Source: an uncultured Bacilli bacterium
GTDB lineage: Bacteria; Bacillota_I; Bacilli_A; RFN20; CAG-631
Reading direction: 5' to 3'
Assembly (NCBI GenBank): GCA_934201705.1
Contig: CAKPXF010000001.1
Span: 66,783 to 130,782, forward strand
DNA length: 64,000 bases
The position numbers were made by a program, and so were the translations under genes. The notes beneath the pieces were generated by a model. It did not search any database. It saw only the letters and a program-made list of their open reading frames with translations, and had not been told where the DNA came from. Of this stretch, positions 59,183-64,000 are shown in pieces. Positions within the stretch are counted from its first letter, which is position 1. Every line of letters begins with the position of its first letter.

Positions 59183-59584
59183 CTATTTTATAAATAGTTC
59201 AAGTATTGCATCACATGCTTTTTCACCATTTTTTCTGAGACATTCATAATTATCCTTTACTAAATTCCCCAGTTTTTCCATTTCTTTTGTAAACTCTCCA
59301 AAATCATCAGTTTTATCTAATGCAGATTTAACACATTTATCAATCGTATCATGATATGCATCTGTATGACGACCTTTGTGTTGTGGGATTTCTACTTTAT
59401 TCCATCTATCATTTAAGTTGGCTTCAGGGAATTTATCTTTTGTTTTATTTCCAATTTCATTTCCTTTTTTCCCTTTATTACTTACTGTATGGTGGCATTC
59501 GTTATGTACAACTAATAATTCATTACCAACTACATACGTATGATAACATAAAACATTAAATGTTGTAAATGCTACTTCCTTTGC
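59183..59584 (-). other. Orphan polymorphic-toxin C-terminal cassette with no start codon: constant segment EVAFTTFNVLCYHTYVVGNELLVV plus an HNH/EndoVII-like nuclease domain
   Basis: Hand translation of the minus strand gives AKEVAFTTFNVLCYHTYVVGNELLVVHNECHHTVSNKGKKGNEIGNKTKDKFPEANLNDRWNKVEIPQHKGRHTDAYHDTIDKCVKSALDKTDDFGEFTKEMEKLGNLVKDNYECLRKNGEKACDAILELFIK*. The open frame begins right after a stop with no ATG/GTG/TTG start. The HH...N...H...H spacing fits the LHH/AHH/Tox-HNH-EHHH toxin domains. Confidence 0.5.
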
Positions 59585-59654
59585 TTAATTAAATTCATTG
59601 GTTATTTTAATTAAATATCATATTTTTTATAAATTTTGAGCAAAAACGGATATA

Positions 59655-59692
59655 ACAATTTTACATTATTACATCCGTTTAAATAAATCTAT
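59655..59692 (-). terminator. Hairpin terminator downstream of the 214-aa gene
   Basis: aaacggat-ataacaattttacattattac-atccgttt. Confidence 0.45.
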
Positions 59693-59716
59693 TGATTGCT
59701 TAATAGCATTTATATG

Positions 59717-60361
59717 CTATAAGTCTATTTTTTTTGAGATTAATTTTTTTACAAAAATAATACAGTATTTAGCAATTATAATTTTTTTATAATTGTCAAT
59801 TTTATTTACCATATATTCTTTCTTTAATACTCTTAATTCTTTGAGTAAATCATTCAAATCATTGTATTTATAAATATCAATATCAAAGAATTTTTTACAT
59901 GATTTTTTAAATTCCTTAATGTTATAGATACCATCTTTTCCAACAGTGAAATAGATATTTGGCTTTATTTTATGTACAATATTAGCTGCATTATCAACAA
60001 TATCAGTATACATATAATATCTTTTTGCCAATATATTATCATAGCATTCAATGTTTAATGAAATATCTTTTATATTGTTTTTATTATCTTTTAAAATACA
60101 TTCGATTTTCCTTAAAATATCTTCAGTAAATAAGTACATTATAGCATCAGAACATGAAAAACCACAAAATAAAAAATCTGAAAACATTATGTTCAAAGAA
60201 TATGTTTCTTCTTCCTCATATAAAACTTCTATTAATATATCATCATTTCTCTTGAAATTATTAAAATACGAAAGAGTTTTCTCTTTGTTTTTTTCGTTAA
60301 AGAATTTTATAGAGTAAGCAATATAAAATCTAGGCATTTCTTTTAGTTGTTCATAATTCAT
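59717..60361 (-). CDS. Hypothetical protein (214 aa), putative immunity protein
   Basis: The ORF follows the toxin stub at 60373..60635 in the same orientation. Confidence 0.45.
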   Translation of the reverse strand: MNYEQLKEMPRFYIAYSIKFFNEKNKEKTLSYFNNFKRNDDILIEVLYEEEETYSLNIMFSDFLFCGFSCSDAIMYLFTEDILRKIECILKDNKNNIKDISLNIECYDNILAKRYYMYTDIVDNAANIVHKIKPNIYFTVGKDGIYNIKEFKKSCKKFFDIDIYKYNDLNDLLKELRVLKKEYMVNKIDNYKKIIIAKYCIIFVKKLISKKIDL

Positions 60362-60372
60362 ATCATTTTCTC

Positions 60373-60635
60373 CTAATTATATCTTTTAAAGTATCTTTGA
60401 TTACTTTTTTCTTCAATTATTAGTGGCATCTTAATATATATTATAATTAGACATATTTTATCTATATTTCCTAAAGATTTATCTTTTAAAATATCAGTTT
60501 TAAATTCTTTGCTAATTTGATTTTTATCAACTTTTAGGTTTACGTAAATACTATATACAACTAATAAACTACTGCTAATTACATACGTATGATAACATAA
60601 AATATTAAATGTTGTAAATGCTACTTCATTTACTA
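60373..60635 (-). other. Toxin constant segment plus a divergent short C-terminal tail (track ORF of 107 aa), copy 3 of 4
   Basis: It encodes ...NEVAFTTFNILCYHTYVISSSLLVVYSIYVNLKVDKNQ... The first ~25 codons match the other copies, then it diverges. Confidence 0.5.
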
Positions 60636-60652
60636 TTATATAGATTAAAGAT

Positions 60653-60690
60653 AAAAGACTGTGAGTGTTAGTATTCACAGCCCTTTTAAG
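60653..60690. repeat. Repeated terminator hairpin, copy 3 (slightly diverged: gactgtga...tcacagcc)
   Basis: Same position relative to the paralogue A stop as copy 2 has to paralogue B. Confidence 0.6.
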
Positions 60691-60699
60691 CAACATGCG

Positions 60700-61689
60700 C
60701 TAAAGATTAATTTCTATGATATCTTCATCATCTACGTCATGATATCCCATAAATGCTCTTGTATTTATAAAAGTGTTATTAGCATTAGTATTTTTTAGTT
60801 CCATATAGGTATCCTGTAATATCTTTTGAATATAAGCATAAGCTTCAAAGAATTCCATTTTATTAATATTATCAAAATCTAATCTTATAGTGTTTTTATC
60901 AAAGCAATATGTTTCTTCATCAAACCATTTATTAATGTAACCTCCAAGACTTAAGCTATATCCTTTTTCTTCTTCAATGAAGGTATAGAATATATATTTA
61001 CATTTTGATTTTACAATTTTTGAATTTGATAAGTGTTCAAACCATGCTTTTATTAGTTCTTTTTCATTTTTATAGTTGTTTTCAAAATATGTAATGCAAT
61101 ATTCTAATTTATCATCTTCTTTTTTTAATTCTTCTATACAAGCACCAGTAAATTTTTGCTTTTTAAATGATTTTACTAAATCATCACTTATACAAAGCCT
61201 TAAATTAAATAATTCTTTGTCAAAAGGAATAGATTCATCTGTATATATTTTTTCCATATCAGCGATATGCTTATCATTTTCATCAAAATCGTATGTTGTA
61301 TAAGCAATACCACTATTAAAAGATCTAATTGGTATAACCTCTTTTGGTAGCATTAAATAATAGTCACCATTGATTTTAATATTTTTATTTCGTACACTGG
61401 GATTAACCTTTTTAAATAATAAGTTAGATGCTAAATTATTACTATTTAAATAATCATATACTCGTTTAGTTACTAGGAAAAATGAATGAAGAAGCGAATA
61501 CATAAAATCTTGCATGCTTTTTTTCTCATTATATGAAATATCACTTGTTACAGCTTCTTTAGCATTTTCATAAATCCACATAATAGTTTCTTTATCATAT
61601 CTATAATGATTTTTATCAGTTCCCACTTTAAAGCCTTCAACGTCGTAATAATGATTATCGCCAAAATAAGTATATCCTATTAATTTCAT
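60700..61689 (-). CDS. Putative immunity protein (329 aa), paralogue A; >95% identical to 58165..59160 except for the N-terminal ~15 residues
   Basis: Near-identical protein and DNA, e.g. one mismatch in the first 90 nt from the stop codon. It is preceded only by a badly decayed toxin stub. Confidence 0.6.
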   Translation of the reverse strand: MKLIGYTYFGDNHYYDVEGFKVGTDKNHYRYDKETIMWIYENAKEAVTSDISYNEKKSMQDFMYSLLHSFFLVTKRVYDYLNSNNLASNLLFKKVNPSVRNKNIKINGDYYLMLPKEVIPIRSFNSGIAYTTYDFDENDKHIADMEKIYTDESIPFDKELFNLRLCISDDLVKSFKKQKFTGACIEELKKEDDKLEYCITYFENNYKNEKELIKAWFEHLSNSKIVKSKCKYIFYTFIEEEKGYSLSLGGYINKWFDEETYCFDKNTIRLDFDNINKMEFFEAYAYIQKILQDTYMELKNTNANNTFINTRAFMGYHDVDDEDIIEINL

Positions 61690-61725
61690 ATGCTATTTGT
61701 AATCTCCTTTTAATAACAATTCATT

Positions 61726-61800
61726 TGTCAACTACATATGTATGATAACATAAAATATCAAACACTGTAAACGTTGATTTATTCGCATAATTCGTCAAGT
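61726..61800 (-). other. Most degraded copy of the toxin constant segment (encodes ...FTVFDILCYHTYVVDK*), copy 4 of 4
   Basis: caactacatatgtatgataacataaaatatcaaacactgtaaacg aligns to the other three copies with ~20% mismatch. Confidence 0.45.
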
Positions 61801-62019
61801 TCAACTAATAATACTTTAACAAATCAATTGGATATTTTAATCAAATCATATTTTATTAATTCACAACTATCTTATATAAATACATTATGATTAAGCATAT
61901 AGATATTTAGTATGAATATAGTAATGGTTTTATATTTACTCTAACTATAATTTTAATAAAAGATCCCCAATTTAGCAAATGGGGATTGATTTTTAAAATA
62001 TTATTAAGCTTTTGAATGA

Positions 62020-62388
62020 TTAAAATTTATAGTTATCTAATGCTTCCTTTAAGTATTTTTCTTCTTTTAAAAACTTTGAAACTGATGGTGAATTAATAGC
62101 AATTACCTCAAGTGTATCAATATTATTGGCAAATAAATCATTAACTGTAATATATTTATTAAAGCTTTCAGCAATGTATATTTCTAAATTATCACCAACA
62201 ATAGCAATCCTTTCAAAGGCTGTTGTATAAATATCAAATGTTGAAAAGCATTTATTATCTACCTTTACATCCTTTAATAGTAATTGCAAAGAAAAGAAAA
62301 AATCGACAAGATTCATATCTTTACTTACTGGTACTTTTGTATCAACAAATTTATTGTTAATTGTTAGATTAATATTAATGTCCATTTT
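62020..62388 (-). CDS. Hypothetical protein
   Basis: The track ORF of 149 aa overlaps the upstream gene by 80 nt. The internal Met (MDININ...) is the likely start. Confidence 0.35.
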   Translation of the reverse strand, partial: KMDININLTINNKFVDTKVPVSKDMNLVDFFFSLQLLLKDVKVDNKCFSTFDIYTTAFERIAIVGDNLEIYIAESFNKYITVNDLFANNIDTLEVIAINSPSVSKFLKEEKYLKEALDNYKF

Positions 62389-62389
62389 A

Positions 62390-63109
62390 TTATTCCTCAT
62401 CGAAGGTTTCTTTAAATCTACCCATAAATGATATTGGCTCATTCTTAACATATAAATGAGAAATATCACCTAAGCATTGGGCTCTAAAATGAGCAATTCC
62501 TTTTTCCTTTTCTTCAGTGTAGATAATACTAACAGATGTTGGAGCAAAGGCAATATGTTGAGCAATTGCTACAAATGGTATATTAAATAAACGAGATAGT
62601 AAAACACTTTCAAGCCCTAAATGAGCAAAGATAACAATTGTATCTTTATTTGGCTTAACAGCTTTATAATATAAGCCATTTCTTGTATAGCCATGCTTTT
62701 TTAATAAATTATCAAATGATGATATAACATAGTTATAGCCTTCATGAACATTTGAATCAACATTAAATAAAGGATTATCTAAATATTTACTATTATCATA
62801 GAAATCACTTTTTTCCTCACACATATATTTATCATCAAAATCCCATGGGATTCTATCATTATGTGTTTTATAATCTTTTATTTTATAAGGAAATTCTTGA
62901 AGCCAATCACAAGTTTCATAAGGCATGTTTGTTGCTTTTAAATAAGGATCAGCAGTAAATTTTGCCCTATTTAATGGAGAAACATAAACATAATCAATTT
63001 TTTCTTTGATTAATCTATCTTTTAATAATTCAGCTTCCTTAAAGCCTTTTTCTGTTAAGGTATTATCCTTATAATTTGGTTCTCCATGCCTTATAATAAT
63101 TATACGCAT
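62390..63109 (-). CDS. Histidine phosphatase family protein (phosphoglycerate mutase-like)
   Basis: N-terminal RHG motif (IIIIRHGEPNY). 239 aa. Confidence 0.65.
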   Translation of the reverse strand: MRIIIIRHGEPNYKDNTLTEKGFKEAELLKDRLIKEKIDYVYVSPLNRAKFTADPYLKATNMPYETCDWLQEFPYKIKDYKTHNDRIPWDFDDKYMCEEKSDFYDNSKYLDNPLFNVDSNVHEGYNYVISSFDNLLKKHGYTRNGLYYKAVKPNKDTIVIFAHLGLESVLLSRLFNIPFVAIAQHIAFAPTSVSIIYTEEKEKGIAHFRAQCLGDISHLYVKNEPISFMGRFKETFDEE

Positions 63110-63954
63110 TAAAGATCAACCACCATTCCATCATAAGATACATCAACATTATACTTGCTAGCTACTTCTTTCATTTCATCATAAGTAGCATTACCATTAT
63201 GAGAAAAATGATTAGCGATTATTTTAGTATGCTCATCAATAATATTGTGTTTTTTCATTTCATTAATTACCTCTAGGAAAATATCAAATGATAAGTGACC
63301 ATCACGCCAATTATTTAATAAGCAAGCAGTACAATCAAGGCTTACCATATCTAAAGGCTTTTTAATTGCTTTTAAATATTCCCAAGCTTTTTCTTTAAAG
63401 AATCCTGTATCATGGGCATAAAGAATTTGAATGTCATTTTGTTTTATTAAATAAATAAAAGGTTCTGACAAAGGATCATGATTAGCCTCTAAGGCGACTA
63501 TTTCATAATTTAATACCTTAAATGGTACATATGGCTTAACAATTACTGGTTGAACAAGCTTTTCAGTAATACCTTCAGCATTGATTGCTTCAACAACCAT
63601 TTTATTTACAAGAGTGGAACCATAAATATACAAAGACTCTTTTTCAGCAAATCTTGTGTAGCCACTACTTCTATAAATTAATTCATTTGGATAAAAATGA
63701 TCGCTATGAGCATGAGTTATTAGAACATGATGAATTCTATCAAGACGTACATCATAATTAAACATATGATAATATGACTCAGGTCCAAAATCAATTAATA
63801 GCTCATCGTTAATAATAGCTTGGCTTCTAGTTCTAATATCCTTACCTTTATTCTTCCAAGCCTTTAAGCATGTTTTACATTGGCAATATAATGCCGGAAT
63901 CCCTTCAGCTGCTGCTGTTCCTAAATATTGAAATTTCATTTTTATTTCCTCCAT
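63109..63954 (-). CDS. MBL-fold metallo-hydrolase
   Basis: Metallo-beta-lactamase HxHxDH motif (HVLITHAHSDHF). 281 aa. Confidence 0.7.
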   Translation of the reverse strand: MEEIKMKFQYLGTAAAEGIPALYCQCKTCLKAWKNKGKDIRTRSQAIINDELLIDFGPESYYHMFNYDVRLDRIHHVLITHAHSDHFYPNELIYRSSGYTRFAEKESLYIYGSTLVNKMVVEAINAEGITEKLVQPVIVKPYVPFKVLNYEIVALEANHDPLSEPFIYLIKQNDIQILYAHDTGFFKEKAWEYLKAIKKPLDMVSLDCTACLLNNWRDGHLSFDIFLEVINEMKKHNIIDEHTKIIANHFSHNGNATYDEMKEVASKYNVDVSYDGMVVDL

Positions 63955-64000
63955 TTTAACGCTTTCTTTTCTTAAATACTAAAAAATAATAAAGTGCAAT

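Noticed and set aside
59356-59559. Plus-strand 67-aa ORF (MHLYDDLCVVGFLLY...) in the gap between cassette genes
   Set aside because: It is antisense to the much longer, motif-bearing HNH-like toxin-tip frame on the minus strand, and is low-complexity with no RBS.
60373-60696. The 107-aa track ORF as an independent small protein gene
   Set aside because: Its middle matches the toxin constant segment shared by four copies. The N-terminal part of the track ORF reads through what is non-coding flank and terminator hairpin in the other copies. It is better explained as a decayed toxin stub than as a gene.
56800-61800. Possibility that the spaced repeats at 56.8-61.8 kb are a CRISPR array
   Set aside because: The repeat units are ~75 bp and ~35 bp, spaced 1-1.5 kb apart, partly coding, and interspersed with full-length genes. 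They do not have the 25-40-bp repeat and 25-40-bp spacer periodicity of CRISPR, and there are no cas genes.

Overview
This is an AT-rich (roughly 27-28% GC) bacterial chromosomal segment. Standard genetic code is used: Trp is encoded by TGG and long ORFs are not interrupted by TGA. Gene content is typical of a low-GC Firmicute (Clostridia/Erysipelotrichia-like), and coding is mostly on the minus strand. Reading left to right: (1) 0.2-18.2 kb holds a glycan-utilisation locus with two secreted surface proteins sharing an unusual Cys-containing C-terminal anchor, an LplABC-type sugar ABC importer, and a set of glycan-degrading enzymes. The importer has a lipoprotein binding protein and two permeases, one fused to a ~300-aa extracytoplasmic domain, and no ATPase is encoded here. 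The enzymes are a GH78 alpha-L-rhamnosidase, an SGNH esterase, a DUF4434 TIM-barrel protein, a beta-helix protein and an (alpha/alpha)6 glycosidase. (2) A GGDEF diguanylate cyclase is followed by an operon of three BIG2/Ig-repeat lipoproteins. (3) mntP is preceded by a yybP-ykoY-type Mn2+ riboswitch with a terminator. (4) 29-34.3 kb is a decayed mobile-element region beside tRNA-His and tRNA-Ile. It carries an orphan Phd/YefM antitoxin and a three-piece pseudogene of an AlbA_2/ATPase/wHTH regulator with an (EING)n 12-bp tandem repeat. It also carries a toxin-like/immunity pair, a frameshifted gene, a tiny promoter-RBS-10-codon-terminator unit and ImmA/ImmR. The right part is bracketed by ~45-bp imperfect direct repeats, and there is no integrase. 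(5) Housekeeping genes follow: ung, ymdB-like, ffh-ylxM-ftsY-rnc-plsX, and divergent pcrA-ligA. (6) Next come an operon of a triple zinc-ribbon polytopic membrane protein plus a membrane-tethered XRE regulator, then a U32 peptidase, an MFS transporter, a metallophosphoesterase, mrp and asd. (7) 56.8-61.8 kb is an array of orphan polymorphic-toxin C-terminal cassettes. A ~75-bp constant segment encoding EVAFTTFN[IV]LCYHTYV recurs four times and is followed by different or truncated toxin tips, one of them an HNH/EndoVII-like nuclease domain. Each is followed by a putative immunity gene, including a >95% identical 1.1-kb duplication, and a repeated terminator hairpin. The full-length toxin gene is not in the window. 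No rRNA or CRISPR array was seen.
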